A stretch of 64,000 nt of DNA from positions 11,019 to 75,018 of the IMG/VR virus record IMGVR_UViG_3300013094_000033; one strand, written 5' to 3'. The position numbers were made by a program, and so were the translations under genes. This stretch comes from a virus. Shown here one piece after another: positions 28,891 to 40,163 of the stretch (its first letter is position 1; the number at the start of each line of letters is the position of its first letter). The notes below the pieces were generated by a model, which was not told the origin of the DNA, did no database searches, and was given only the letters and a program-made list of their open reading frames with translations.

Positions 28891-30891
28891 TTAATGTTTT
28901 CCAACAACCACTTCAATGGTTTCTATATTATTAGTATTTATTGCGGCTAGTGCTTTGCCGATTACACACCCTGGCACAAATTTACTGTTATCAATTGCTT
29001 GTGCAACACCCGGAATTGAACTTGTTACTAGTACTTGTCCTTTTTTAACAGGCCCAAGCACTCTACAGGGAACACGACCTTGCAATGCTACTGGTAATCC
29101 AGTTGCTGTTGAATTCATCAAATAAGCTGGGTCTGTTGAAATAATTCCTGCAACAGCTGGGTCATGATCAATGGTCGTTACTGTGATTTCAGCTGGGCCA
29201 CCAAAAACAACAACAGTACCAGGATCATACTCTCCGTCGGCGGCATAATTTTCTGCTAAGTCAGCGTATTGTGCATGAGATGCTGTACCGTAAATTGTTC
29301 CCCACCAAGCGGTAGTACTACCAAGATTATACGATGTATTTGCACTAGGAGTTACTGTTCCTGTAATTGAAATTGATGCCGTACCAACAGTAATTTGATA
29401 TGTACTTGAGTTGCCACCGCCACGAATATTAACTGAACCGCCAGTCCAAGAACTTAAATAAGTATTCTTATCAGTTTGCCCCATTAGCAGACCGTACTCA
29501 CTGCCACTCATACCAGCTTGTTGAACAGTATTGTATGTGCTATTTCCTGGCCATGAACCAATGAATATATTGCCGCCAGTTAAGCTATTTGTGCCTGCGG
29601 CTAGTGCACCTGTTAATGTAAGTCCAGCAAATGATGGGCTAGCTGAAGTTTGTAAATTTTGTGGAGTACCTATTGTAACAGTTTGGCCACTGGCACTAGC
29701 AGTTACACCATTTGTTCCAGCAAATGTTAATGTCTGTGTTAATAAAGATACACTACCTGTACCAGACGTTCCAGCAATCGGAAGAGTTGAACTTACTGTA
29801 GCTGTTGAGATACTAGAAATTCTACCAAAAGTGTCTGTGGTAATAACTGGAATAGCAGTTGCCGATCCAGTGGTAACTGCACCCGGTCCAGTGATAGTCA
29901 AAGAAACTGCTGTACCAGAAATTGTTAAGTTGCCGGACCCAGATGATGTTGACAATACACGGTTGCCACTGTCGTATACTGATCCGATGTAAGCGGCACC
30001 AGTAACTCCTAAACCTCCATTAACAACTAATGCACCAGTGGTTGTACTAGTACTCGTTGTGCCGGATTGTGCAACAATGTTACCAAGAGAAGTAGTTGTG
30101 CCACCAGTATATAAAGATCCAGAAATTGATGCCCCACCAGTGACTTGTAAAGCGCCTGTTGCTACGCCAGTTGCAGCAACACCACTTGCAGCAATCACAT
30201 TTGCTGTTGTTAATATTTTATTTGATGCTATTGCTGTGTTAGTATTAATATTGCCAGACATTGATATGCCTGCCAAAGTTGTAAGACCAGTTACCGACAG
30301 TGAACCAGTATCAACAATACTTGTTGTTATGTATTCAGTTACCTGTTGATAAGTGTTGCCCTGTACAATTAAATTACCTTGTACTGTTACGTTTCCGCCA
30401 GCATATACATTACCTCCAACGCCTAACCCTCCGTATATAGTAACAGCACCGGTACTGCTACTTATAGAAGGAATTGTATTGGCAAATATAGTAGCGTAAG
30501 GTACCGCACCACCGGCAAAACCACCTGACGCTGTCCAATATACTTTTGTTCCGTCTGATGCTAAAATTGATCCAGGAAATCCAATATTGCCATTTACATA
30601 TATCCCAGCATTGTTAATCATCAATACATTACCAACGCTTACATTAGCATAATTTTGAACTGTAACATTGCTGTTTGTTACGCCAGAATTTGCAGTAATG
30701 GCATACATGAAACTTTGACTAGATTCATTCCAATAAAATGCCGCATTTGGAACTAAGCCGTTTGCACGATTCATAATAAAGCCAACATCCACATTGGCTT
30801 GGGTTGATGCTTGGTGCAACACCGTCAGCGGGTCCATAAAATACTCTACATTAGTATCTAAGTCCCATATTTTTGGTCTAGTTAATCCCAT
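28891..30891 (-). CDS. Tail fibre/appendage protein with C-terminal peptidase G2-like autocleaving chaperone domain
   Basis: S/T/G-rich STTTGAL.V.GG.G repeats; C-terminal YADLAENY..AGIISTDPAYLMN..ALQGRVPC. Confidence 0.7.
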   Translation of the reverse strand: MGLTRPKIWDLDTNVEYFMDPLTVLHQASTQANVDVGFIMNRANGLVPNAAFYWNESSQSFMYAITANSGVTNSNVTVQNYANVSVGNVLMINNAGIYVNGNIGFPGSILASDGTKVYWTASGGFAGGAVPYATIFANTIPSISSSTGAVTIYGGLGVGGNVYAGGNVTVQGNLIVQGNTYQQVTEYITTSIVDTGSLSVTGLTTLAGISMSGNINTNTAIASNKILTTANVIAASGVAATGVATGALQVTGGASISGSLYTGGTTTSLGNIVAQSGTTSTSTTTGALVVNGGLGVTGAAYIGSVYDSGNRVLSTSSGSGNLTISGTAVSLTITGPGAVTTGSATAIPVITTDTFGRISSISTATVSSTLPIAGTSGTGSVSLLTQTLTFAGTNGVTASASGQTVTIGTPQNLQTSASPSFAGLTLTGALAAGTNSLTGGNIFIGSWPGNSTYNTVQQAGMSGSEYGLLMGQTDKNTYLSSWTGGSVNIRGGGNSSTYQITVGTASISITGTVTPSANTSYNLGSTTAWWGTIYGTASHAQYADLAENYAADGEYDPGTVVVFGGPAEITVTTIDHDPAVAGIISTDPAYLMNSTATGLPVALQGRVPCRVLGPVKKGQVLVTSSIPGVAQAIDNSKFVPGCVIGKALAAINTNNIETIEVVVGKH

Positions 30892-30920
30892 TTTATAATC
30901 CGTATTGTTCAGTATTTATG

Positions 30921-30950
30921 AAAAAATAAAAGGGCCCAATGGCCCTTTTA
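30921..30950 (-). terminator. Rho-independent terminator
   Basis: TAAAAGGGCC-CAAT-GGCCCTTTTA followed by a T-run on the minus strand. Confidence 0.8.
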
Positions 30951-30968
30951 AATTTAGCTACGGTAGAA

Positions 30969-33353
30969 TTATACTCTACCAACAACTACTTCGATAACTG
31001 CTTTTCCAGTACTTGGGTAGTCCTGCAAGGCTTTACCAATTACTGATCCAACTGCGGGATTATTACTGGCTTTAGCAAATCCAAAACCAGCACTTACCAT
31101 TAAATCGCCCTTCTTAACGGGTCCGATAATCTGGCATGGAACACGCCCTTGTAGTGCTAGTGGCACAACTGTTGCACCAGTTAGCCCGCCATTCATCAAG
31201 TGAGCTGGGTTAGTAGAAACGATACCTGCTACAGAAGTAGTATCTGCATCAGCTACAGTTACTTCAGCTGAGCCACCAAACATTAATACTGTACCTGCAG
31301 AATATGTTTTGTCAGCTTGGTAGTTCTCTGCCAAGTCAGCGTATAGTGCATGAGTTGATGTACCGTATATATTATTAAACCAAGCACTTGTACTACCTAT
31401 GTTAACGCTTGCGTTAGCAGTTGGCAATATTGTACTAGTGGCATTAATTGTTCCGCCAACAAATAGTGCTCCGCCAATACCAGTACCGCCAGTAACAACC
31501 AATGCACCCGTTGTGGTACTTGAACTAGATGTTGAATTAGCAACCAACAAGTTACCCAAAGATCCACCAGCAGGAGTAGTGCCTGCCCAGTTAACGGTAT
31601 TAGATGGTTGCGAAGTTAATCCATCAAATAACTGATAATATCCAGTTGAGTGATTTTTAGCAAAACCAGTATAAACGTTACCAGCACCGTTGTAGTAAGA
31701 TCCAACTAAACCTAAGTCATATGAGTTGCCAGGATTTAAGTTACCAACGAACACAATTGGACTTTGCACCGCTAAGTTTTGTGTAGTAACAGTTGTACCT
31801 GAACCACCAAAACTAATATTACCGTTAATGAAAACATTACCACCAACGTTAACGTTACCTTGTACACCTAAACCACCTGCAATACGCATAGCACCAGTTG
31901 TTGTACTAGTTGATGTTGTGGCAATATTAACTGTAATACCAGCTGGTGCGCCTGCACGACTAGTACCAGTAATACGCATACGTTCGTGACCAGTGGTAAA
32001 ACCACCTGTAGTAAACACAATATCGTTTTGTACACCGGATGAGTCTGTGGAAATAAAGATACTACCATTACCAGTTGTACCGCGTGGCGCACTCATGAAA
32101 ATGTAGCCATCGTCTGGTCCAGTAATACCGTATTGACTTGCACTAAATTGTCCACCAGTGATACCCAAGTCAATCCAACCATTTAAATTATCGCCGTTGG
32201 CACTATAAGCAATCAAGTCAGTACTTGAACCGGATCCATATCCATAATTCTTAAGTGCAAACTGTTGGAAGTTCGTAGTATTACCAGTGAACACACCCGA
32301 AGCATTTGTCAGGCCATTGTAAATTTGCACAACTGCTGCAGATGAATTATGCGATGCAGCAGTAGTACCTCCTGCGGCACGAGCAATTCCTGTAAATTGA
32401 ATGTTACCTGTGTTATATACCACACCAGTATAGTTAATTAGCTCACTGTCAATTTGAATTTGTCCATATGGATAAAACCCGTAAATATCCGGACCATTGA
32501 AATAATAATTACTTGTTACTCGGTTACCAATTGATGCTGCATTACCATTGTCAGTTGAATACGCCCAAGGTCCTGTTTGATTACTAAAGTTTTGATATAA
32601 AGTATGATTAATAGTAATCGGTGAAGTTGACGAATTATTAACTGACGTTGTTAGCCCACCAATTAATGTGTTATTGTTATCAGTGTCTGGTGCGTTTGTA
32701 CCTTGATATACAACGCCCATTTGCGAATACAAATTACCAACTACATATAAACCGTCATTTGGCACAATCTGAGCTTGAATAACTGCGTTTGATGCGCCAA
32801 AACCGCCGGCTGAGAATTTAATAATACCATTCATTGCACTAGCTTGGTCTGTTGCTAGCACCAGATTACCACCAATTGCTGCAGAGTTACTTGCAAATAC
32901 CGGAGCTGATGCTAAAATATAAGCATCGCCAGCATTAGTAATAATAAATCCAGAATTTGTATAGCCTGAACTTTCAATACCCATATCAATGTAGCCAGTT
33001 AGATTATCGCCTAAATCACTGTATGCAATAAAGTCTGCAGATGCGCTGGGTCCATTGCTAGGATTATGTACAACCACTTGCACAAATGCGTTGACGTTTT
33101 TACTTACAACTAGTTCTGCATCTGATAAGGGAGTAGATTGCCCGTTGGTAGAGTTAGTTGAGTGCGATCCATTGGTTATAAACGATTGTGCTGTGTTGTC
33201 AGTACTAACAGTAATGTTACCTGCTGTGACATTGATGTCTGAGCTTAAATTACTCGGACTTGTACTTGTACTGGTAATTGCGCCATTACCTGCCCAAATT
33301 GTTGTTGGTCCTACTTGAAGACCGTTTTGTACTACGAAATTACTATTTGCCAT
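30969..33353 (-). CDS. Tail fibre/appendage protein with C-terminal peptidase G2-like domain
   Basis: YADLAENY..AGIVSTNPAHLMN..ALQGRVPC; duplicated D(F/L)IAYS..GDNL.G.ID.GI module. Confidence 0.7.
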   Translation of the reverse strand: MANSNFVVQNGLQVGPTTIWAGNGAITSTSTSPSNLSSDINVTAGNITVSTDNTAQSFITNGSHSTNSTNGQSTPLSDAELVVSKNVNAFVQVVVHNPSNGPSASADFIAYSDLGDNLTGYIDMGIESSGYTNSGFIITNAGDAYILASAPVFASNSAAIGGNLVLATDQASAMNGIIKFSAGGFGASNAVIQAQIVPNDGLYVVGNLYSQMGVVYQGTNAPDTDNNNTLIGGLTTSVNNSSTSPITINHTLYQNFSNQTGPWAYSTDNGNAASIGNRVTSNYYFNGPDIYGFYPYGQIQIDSELINYTGVVYNTGNIQFTGIARAAGGTTAASHNSSAAVVQIYNGLTNASGVFTGNTTNFQQFALKNYGYGSGSSTDLIAYSANGDNLNGWIDLGITGGQFSASQYGITGPDDGYIFMSAPRGTTGNGSIFISTDSSGVQNDIVFTTGGFTTGHERMRITGTSRAGAPAGITVNIATTSTSTTTGAMRIAGGLGVQGNVNVGGNVFINGNISFGGSGTTVTTQNLAVQSPIVFVGNLNPGNSYDLGLVGSYYNGAGNVYTGFAKNHSTGYYQLFDGLTSQPSNTVNWAGTTPAGGSLGNLLVANSTSSSSTTTGALVVTGGTGIGGALFVGGTINATSTILPTANASVNIGSTSAWFNNIYGTSTHALYADLAENYQADKTYSAGTVLMFGGSAEVTVADADTTSVAGIVSTNPAHLMNGGLTGATVVPLALQGRVPCQIIGPVKKGDLMVSAGFGFAKASNNPAVGSVIGKALQDYPSTGKAVIEVVVGRV

Positions 33354-33404
33354 TTTTGTTTTCCTTTGGTTCCATATTCCCCAATAAAGGCTTTTACATT
33401 CCTA

Positions 33405-35987
33405 TTAGATAGGCACGTATTGTCTTGTTAATCTTACACTATTAGAAGAATTAACGCCAGTGAACTGTACAAGAACATTACCACTGCTGATAGTTGCACT
33501 TGTTATACCTAAATTACCGTTGGTCTGAACAACACCATATTCACTTACATATGGAGTTGATCCGTTTTGTACAACAAGCACTTCACTTGTTTGATAACTT
33601 GTTCCATGAGTAACCTGCACGATATATTTTGCACTACGGTAAGTAGATGTAGAGAATGTATCAATAGTGGTTGCAGCTCCAGCGCTTGCAACAGCTACGT
33701 TTGCATCACCTGTTACTAAACCACCACCCAATGGCATAGTGAATGCCGGAGTTAATGTTGTATTAACTGGATTTGATATGAATGTAATACCAGTGGAGTC
33801 GTTTACACCAACAGTAACATAACCTAAGCTACTTGTTAGCGAAGTAATCGTTTGTGTTGTTGTTAAAATACGAACGTCGATGACGTCACCTGATGATGGT
33901 GGTTCGTTAAATGTTAGTGTAGTTCCACTTACTGTATAGGAATAACTCGGTCCACCAATTTGTAACACACCGTTAACGCTGACTAATGTACCACCTGTGG
34001 TTGCGGGATTTGCAATTGTAAATGTACTAGTAGATCCGTCACCGTTAAATTGTTGTTCCTGAATAACAGTAAAGTTTGTAGTTGGGTGAGTCCATGATGT
34101 GCCATCATACCATTCTGGTGCACCGTATGTTAAGTTGAAACGGAACATACCAGCTACATCAGTGAATCCTGAACTTCCTGGACGTTGTGCGTTGTAACCA
34201 ATCGGCAACAACATAGAATCCGAAGAATTAATCTGGAATTTTGCACCTGGTATTAAATTACCAGCTGGAGCAGAACCACCAACTAAAACTTGATCGTAAG
34301 TTGAATTTGGTCTTGCCCATAACAATGTGCTGTCATTTTTACCACGTATTAAAACGTCTTGATTTGCAGTCTGCGATGCATTAAATACTGCGGCATTACC
34401 AAAGTAAACATTACCCATTACACCCAGGCCGCCGTTATTGGTAACAACCAATGCACCAGTTGTTGTACTTGTACTATTAGTGCCACTTGTGGCAACTAGA
34501 TTACCTGTTACCTTTGTAACACCATATGCATCAATACTCAAAGTTTGTGAGTTAGACAAACCACCACTGTAGAAAATTAAGCTATCATTGGCGCCAACAC
34601 TAATGCGACCAGAGCCGGTGGTATAGTCGACAATAATACCATCTGAATATGTGCCACCAAACGAACCTGTGGTTAATAGACCATTGGAAGTAACAGCAGC
34701 GGCACCACCGTAGATATTACCACCTATACCAATACCACCTGCTACTTGTACTGCACCAGTAACTGTACTAGTTGCTACAGTTGAGTTTTGTACAAAAACT
34801 GATCCCAATTTTAAACCATCGTATACAATATTGGAACTACCTAGGTTAACTACATTGCCACTGGGTTCGCCGATATTACTAAACAAATACCAATCACCGT
34901 CAACATAGTTACGTACAAAACCAGTGTGTGCGTAAACGTTAGCGGGACCGCCAATAAAGTGAGAGTAGAAACCAACATCGTAGTTATATGGGTAAACACT
35001 ATTTGTTGTTAAGTAAATTAATGGTTCTTCAACTGTTAAAATTTGAGATTGAGTAGCAAGAATGTTACCTGCGTAAACATTACCACCTACCCATAAATCT
35101 TTTTGTATACTTGCACCACCAGCAATTTGAACAGCACCAGTTGTTGTACTAGTTGCTTGTGTAGTGTCAGTGCTGTACATGGTCGTAACTGTTGCAGCTG
35201 CTGGTGTAATATTACCAATAACTGTATTCTGCAACGCTGTAATAAAACTGTTTTTACCAAATGCATTTAAGTTGCCGCCGATACCTACTCCGCCGACTAC
35301 AGTTAGTGCGCCTGATCCTTTGTCAAGACTCGGAGTTCCATTTGTAATAGTTAAATTACCATTGGCTGTAATTAAACCACTGGCCTGGACTGTGGTAAAT
35401 GCAGCACTACCAGGAGTAACATTTCCGATTGCAACAGCTTGGAATCCACCAATATTGGCTGTTGTCATCTGTGTATCTGCGGTGTGACTGATAAAGCCGT
35501 TTAATGTTGTTGTGCCATTAACAATAAGATTACTTGAAATAGTTGATGAAACTAATAAAGTATTACCAGCTTGTAGATTCGCCCAACCGGAATTATTAAT
35601 ACTTGTAACGCCAGAACCTGTGTCAGTTGTAGCAATGAACTGGAACTCAGATGAGTTTTCTGCCCAAATTAATGCGGTATTAACTGAACCATATGGATTT
35701 AACGTAGATAAATTTCTATTAAACAATACACCAATGTCGTAACCACTTAAACTTCCTGAATATCCATTGTTGAATACAACCAACGGGTCATTGATATATG
35801 TGTTAATACTGTTGATTGTTGTAGGAGTTCCTGTTACTTGGAAGTTACCAAGAACGGTAATGTTAGATGCTAATGTTAAATTAGCTGCAAACAGATTACT
35901 TGTAAGTGTTTGATTAACTAGTTTAGTACCAGTAATTGTTGCATCAGTAATCTGATTATTCTTAATTCTTGTTAAATAAACCGCCAT
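33405..35987 (-). CDS. Large virion structural/fibre protein
   Basis: STTTGA.QV.GG repeats, FNGDGSTSTFT..VNGVLQ domain and C-terminal YRSAKY domain. Confidence 0.7.
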   Translation of the reverse strand: MAVYLTRIKNNQITDATITGTKLVNQTLTSNLFAANLTLASNITVLGNFQVTGTPTTINSINTYINDPLVVFNNGYSGSLSGYDIGVLFNRNLSTLNPYGSVNTALIWAENSSEFQFIATTDTGSGVTSINNSGWANLQAGNTLLVSSTISSNLIVNGTTTLNGFISHTADTQMTTANIGGFQAVAIGNVTPGSAAFTTVQASGLITANGNLTITNGTPSLDKGSGALTVVGGVGIGGNLNAFGKNSFITALQNTVIGNITPAAATVTTMYSTDTTQATSTTTGAVQIAGGASIQKDLWVGGNVYAGNILATQSQILTVEEPLIYLTTNSVYPYNYDVGFYSHFIGGPANVYAHTGFVRNYVDGDWYLFSNIGEPSGNVVNLGSSNIVYDGLKLGSVFVQNSTVATSTVTGAVQVAGGIGIGGNIYGGAAAVTSNGLLTTGSFGGTYSDGIIVDYTTGSGRISVGANDSLIFYSGGLSNSQTLSIDAYGVTKVTGNLVATSGTNSTSTTTGALVVTNNGGLGVMGNVYFGNAAVFNASQTANQDVLIRGKNDSTLLWARPNSTYDQVLVGGSAPAGNLIPGAKFQINSSDSMLLPIGYNAQRPGSSGFTDVAGMFRFNLTYGAPEWYDGTSWTHPTTNFTVIQEQQFNGDGSTSTFTIANPATTGGTLVSVNGVLQIGGPSYSYTVSGTTLTFNEPPSSGDVIDVRILTTTQTITSLTSSLGYVTVGVNDSTGITFISNPVNTTLTPAFTMPLGGGLVTGDANVAVASAGAATTIDTFSTSTYRSAKYIVQVTHGTSYQTSEVLVVQNGSTPYVSEYGVVQTNGNLGITSATISSGNVLVQFTGVNSSNSVRLTRQYVPI

Positions 35988-36079
35988 GGCGTAAGCTCCT
36001 GAATCGTATTAATTAATGTATTTACCTTAGCCGTAGGTATTTTGGATCGCTGTCTTTTTTAAAGCAAACCAATGAAAAA

Positions 36080-37534
36080 TTATACGGAAATTAACGTTTT
36101 TGTTAAATTAACGTTATTGTTTGAGCTTGCGCCTGTGCCATAAATTACAACATTTCCCGAAACAATGTTTGCACTAAATGTCATTAAACTATTTGCACCA
36201 GTGTAAGTAGTACCATACACACTAATTTTTGCAGTAGTACCATCTTGCACTACAATAATTTCACTTGCTTGATATTGAGATGACGTTGTATTTGATACAC
36301 TTACAACATATTTGCCACTTCTATAAGCAGTAGAAGAAAAACTGTCAATGATTGTTGGCGTTGTTCCTATATTTATAATAGCTGCAGAATCTATTAAGGT
36401 TGGTGCATAATTATAGCCATAAGTAAGACCATTACCAAAAACTATTTGTTTATTAGCGGCTGTACCAATATTTCCACTGAATGCCGACAATTCTGGCACA
36501 GTAGTGCCAGCAATAAAACGTATATCAATAATATCAGTCGGTAGCGGAGCTTCAGCAAACGTTATTTGCGTCCCCGATACTGTATAAGCCGGATTTGCCC
36601 CACTGGGATTTTGTATTGTACCATTAATGCTTACTAACAAAGCTGATGCAGTCGACGCTTGAGATAATGTAAATGTTTGTGTTACGCCATCTGCATAGTC
36701 AATTGTTTGGTCATCTAAACTGTTAGTAAGTGGCATCCAATCAGTGCCAGTCGAAAATTCAAGACTACCTAATGTTGTATTATATCTGATTTGCCCAACT
36801 AGAGCCGCAGATGGTCTTTGTGACTCGGACCCATAAGGAACACCAAGTGAAGTAGTTGAGTTAATTGCAACTATTCCTGTTGCATTTGGTACTAAATGTA
36901 TATTTGCTGTTGATTGTGGGAAAATATAATCAGAATACACATTTCCATAAAATGTTGATGATACATTCCCAACTGTTATATTTCCTGGGAAATTTTGAAT
37001 ACCTGTAGGCCCGGTATAACGTGCACCAACTACATAAACAACATTACCAGTTACTGCTGTTGGCACGTTTGTGTCAGCAAAGTTAACAATACCAGCCATA
37101 TAGTCAAAATACCAACTGTCATTATTACCTGATCCACCCACTGGTAAATTGGTGTATGTTATTGCTGTAGATGCATTTGCACCAGTTGGGCCTGCATATA
37201 ATTTAATCTGATAACCTGCACCAAACTGAGGACTAATCCAATTTGTTAAATTTGTTGCCCAGGTTTCATTTGCAATGCCTTCACTTAGTGATACTGCTTG
37301 TACTACAGAACTTGTAGACCCACTGTAAACAGTTACTGCACTACTATTGCTACTTGGTAATGTTGTTACATTTGGTATAGCATAATCTTGTTGCCAGATT
37401 GTTGATCCTGGACTCAACTGAGGGCTAGCGTTAGATTCGTTGGCCGGTGATTTAGCTGTGCTCGTGTCAGTCTTAGAAACCCCACTAAGTTTCTTATATA
37501 ATATATCGACGATTTGTGTTTGTGAAATTGACAT
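36080..37534 (-). CDS. Virion structural protein
   Basis: ADGVTQTFTL..INGTIQ domain and C-terminal YRSGKY domain, both shared with 33405-35987. Confidence 0.65.
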   Translation of the reverse strand: MSISQTQIVDILYKKLSGVSKTDTSTAKSPANESNASPQLSPGSTIWQQDYAIPNVTTLPSSNSSAVTVYSGSTSSVVQAVSLSEGIANETWATNLTNWISPQFGAGYQIKLYAGPTGANASTAITYTNLPVGGSGNNDSWYFDYMAGIVNFADTNVPTAVTGNVVYVVGARYTGPTGIQNFPGNITVGNVSSTFYGNVYSDYIFPQSTANIHLVPNATGIVAINSTTSLGVPYGSESQRPSAALVGQIRYNTTLGSLEFSTGTDWMPLTNSLDDQTIDYADGVTQTFTLSQASTASALLVSINGTIQNPSGANPAYTVSGTQITFAEAPLPTDIIDIRFIAGTTVPELSAFSGNIGTAANKQIVFGNGLTYGYNYAPTLIDSAAIINIGTTPTIIDSFSSTAYRSGKYVVSVSNTTSSQYQASEIIVVQDGTTAKISVYGTTYTGANSLMTFSANIVSGNVVIYGTGASSNNNVNLTKTLISV

Positions 37535-37535
37535 A

Positions 37536-40154
37536 TTAGTTAGTTGGGTTCGCTATAGATAAGGCTGTTAAACTTTGGCTACTGGTTAATTTTATTCGAA
37601 CATATATTTCGTTGTTAGTCGAATTAGTTGAACTTGCTGTACCAAATGTACAGGTGTAACTTCCTCCACTCACTAGACTATTTAATACCGCGGCTCCACC
37701 AGTACTGCAACCTGCCGATCCATTGCCGCCGGTACCAGTACCAGGGACGCCAGAGCCGGCATAGGCCTGTGCCATATTAATCCATCCATGAGTAGGAGAT
37801 GCTGTTGTATCAATAGTGCTTCCAGGTAGTGCAACCCATAGTCCAGCGATAGTTCCTGTGTAGCTGATATTAAATTTACTTACTGCACTCTTAACAAACT
37901 TAAATGTAAAATATTGGCTTGTACTACGACCACTTAAATTTGGACCAACAGGCAAAAATCCAGTTGAATAATTTGTCTGATCGTATTGTATTTTTGCAGC
38001 TACATTAGTTGCATCTGTTGTATAAAATGGGCCTGTGGTACTGTTAAATGCGGCTTCACTACCAGTATATGAGGGATTATCTGCGGCTGTTCCTGCATCA
38101 GGATTCACAATACGATACGCAGCACTACCACCAGTATAACTATTTGTTATTGCTGTTTCTTCAATCTGTGTGCTGGTACCAGTTTTATAAAGTACGTAGG
38201 TTGATGGCGCACTAAATGCCCAACTAGTTGAATTGTAACTGTTGTTTACTGTGACGCTTGGTCCAGCAGTACCTAAAGAGTTACCAAATCCACTAGTAAT
38301 GTTAGCGGTTGTTGTAAAAGAAACGACTGCGGTGTTGTTTCTTGTGATTGGAGTTGTTACTCCAGCGGCAGCATAACTGACTAGCGCAGGAGCTGCAAAC
38401 GCACCATTGGCTGCACTTGATGAAATTAAATTAGTTGAATTAGGATATGTATCGCCACTGATATTTTGTACATTACCTTTTAAAGTAAATCCTGCACTGG
38501 TAGTAAACATAGGAATAGTACTTGAATACTGTACTACGTTACTGCTTAACACCATGCTTGTGCCCGAGAATGATGGCGCACTGGGACTAGAACTATCATA
38601 GTACCAAGTAGCATCATTTGTTTGATTCCCAGTCGCCGAATCTGAAATATGTACTCTATTCCATCCCGGCGACATACCAGCACCTGCTGTGGCATAAGCA
38701 GAGAATACTGTCCAAAATCCTGCTGTTACTGTTGATACTACAGAGTGATAATCTTCTACGTTATAAACATACAAGTTACCATTTAAGGTATTGCCATTAC
38801 TACCAGTTAGTGTTACATTACCATTAGGTACACCATTTACATAAGTCGTAATAGTTCCTGTACTACCAGGACCTACATTAGTGATAGGCGTACCAATTGT
38901 GCTAAATGAACTTGCTCTGAGTGTGCTAACTAATGTACCACCGGCTACGCTTAAGTTACCCCATCCCGAGTTATCAGTTTGTGTAAAGTTACACATTAGC
39001 CCACTATTAGTAGTTCCTACAGAAATTGTTGTACTGTTAGGAAAGTTTGGTGGGCTTGGTGGTACTAGCTTACCTAGTACATAGTTTAATTCTGCAATTG
39101 CATTTGTCACTGTTGTCGATTGTGTGAATGTTACTGCATTACTTATAAAAGCCTGTACTGTGTTGGCTCCAAGAGTAACAGTATTTCCATTTATTTCTGA
39201 AAATTCAGTATTAATAGTACTAAGGGTACTGAATATATTAGATATAGTAGGATCAGTATTAGATGCTAGATAAGTAGAAACATTTGTATTTCCATACAAT
39301 GCAGATACGCCATTAGCAGACCAATTAAGGCCATTGGTTGTATAGATATTGTTTATGTAGGCATTACCAGCAATGCCAATCCCGCCAGCAACTTGTAATG
39401 CACCACTTGTTGTACTTGTGGATGATGTTGTTTGTGCTAAAATTAAACCAACATTATTTTTAAAACGTCCTTGGTAATTATTAGTTGTGCTAAAACCGCC
39501 GGTAGAAAATACAATGTCACTAGCTGTCCCTGTGCCTATTAATAAGTTACCATTTAACCCCGATGTTCCTTGAACATACAAATAACCATCTAATGGGTTA
39601 TTAAGTTCGTTGCCTACACCACCTACAAAGCCTGAGCTATTAATACCCATGTCAATGTATCCGGCACCAGCAGTACCAGTATCGGCTGTGGCTACATAAT
39701 CAGTTGATGCGGCAGAACCATTGTTGATGTTTTGATGATTAACTTGACCATAACCATTAAAGTTTGTAGAGTTTTGTAATACAGTTTGTGGCTGATAAAC
39801 GTAACCAGAATTAACGCCAGCATATAAGGCACCAAAGCCTGCAGCATTACCAAAGAATCGACCAATATTTCCAGAAATATAATTTGTATTTCCGTTTGTG
39901 GTTATGTTACCAGTTAAAACTATATTCCCAGCAGAAATATTTCCCAGGAATGACGATGTGTTATATACAATTAATGCACCAGATATATTTGCATTACCAT
40001 TAACATCTAATGTATAGTTAGGTGTAGCAGTACTGATACCAACATATCTATTGTTTACATCAAAGAACGCAAGGTTTCCGTCAATGGCAAGATCAACACC
40101 CTGTCTGTCCAGGTTGCTAAACAGCATTGGTCCTGTAATACGTCCAATTGCCAT
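37536..40154 (-). CDS. Large virion structural/fibre protein
   Basis: VGISTATPNYTLDVNGN fibre motif; TDYVATAD..GYIDMGI module; S/T/G/N-rich. Confidence 0.7.
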   Translation of the reverse strand: MAIGRITGPMLFSNLDRQGVDLAIDGNLAFFDVNNRYVGISTATPNYTLDVNGNANISGALIVYNTSSFLGNISAGNIVLTGNITTNGNTNYISGNIGRFFGNAAGFGALYAGVNSGYVYQPQTVLQNSTNFNGYGQVNHQNINNGSAASTDYVATADTGTAGAGYIDMGINSSGFVGGVGNELNNPLDGYLYVQGTSGLNGNLLIGTGTASDIVFSTGGFSTTNNYQGRFKNNVGLILAQTTSSTSTTSGALQVAGGIGIAGNAYINNIYTTNGLNWSANGVSALYGNTNVSTYLASNTDPTISNIFSTLSTINTEFSEINGNTVTLGANTVQAFISNAVTFTQSTTVTNAIAELNYVLGKLVPPSPPNFPNSTTISVGTTNSGLMCNFTQTDNSGWGNLSVAGGTLVSTLRASSFSTIGTPITNVGPGSTGTITTYVNGVPNGNVTLTGSNGNTLNGNLYVYNVEDYHSVVSTVTAGFWTVFSAYATAGAGMSPGWNRVHISDSATGNQTNDATWYYDSSSPSAPSFSGTSMVLSSNVVQYSSTIPMFTTSAGFTLKGNVQNISGDTYPNSTNLISSSAANGAFAAPALVSYAAAGVTTPITRNNTAVVSFTTTANITSGFGNSLGTAGPSVTVNNSYNSTSWAFSAPSTYVLYKTGTSTQIEETAITNSYTGGSAAYRIVNPDAGTAADNPSYTGSEAAFNSTTGPFYTTDATNVAAKIQYDQTNYSTGFLPVGPNLSGRSTSQYFTFKFVKSAVSKFNISYTGTIAGLWVALPGSTIDTTASPTHGWINMAQAYAGSGVPGTGTGGNGSAGCSTGGAAVLNSLVSGGSYTCTFGTASSTNSTNNEIYVRIKLTSSQSLTALSIANPTN

Positions 40155-40163
40155 TTTGTCCCC

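Noticed and set aside
28891-33353. Diversity-generating retroelement or invertible switch acting on the two similar fibre C-termini
   Set aside because: The similarity is at protein level, with synonymous divergence not confined to adenines. No reverse transcriptase, invertase or flanking inverted repeats are present in the window.
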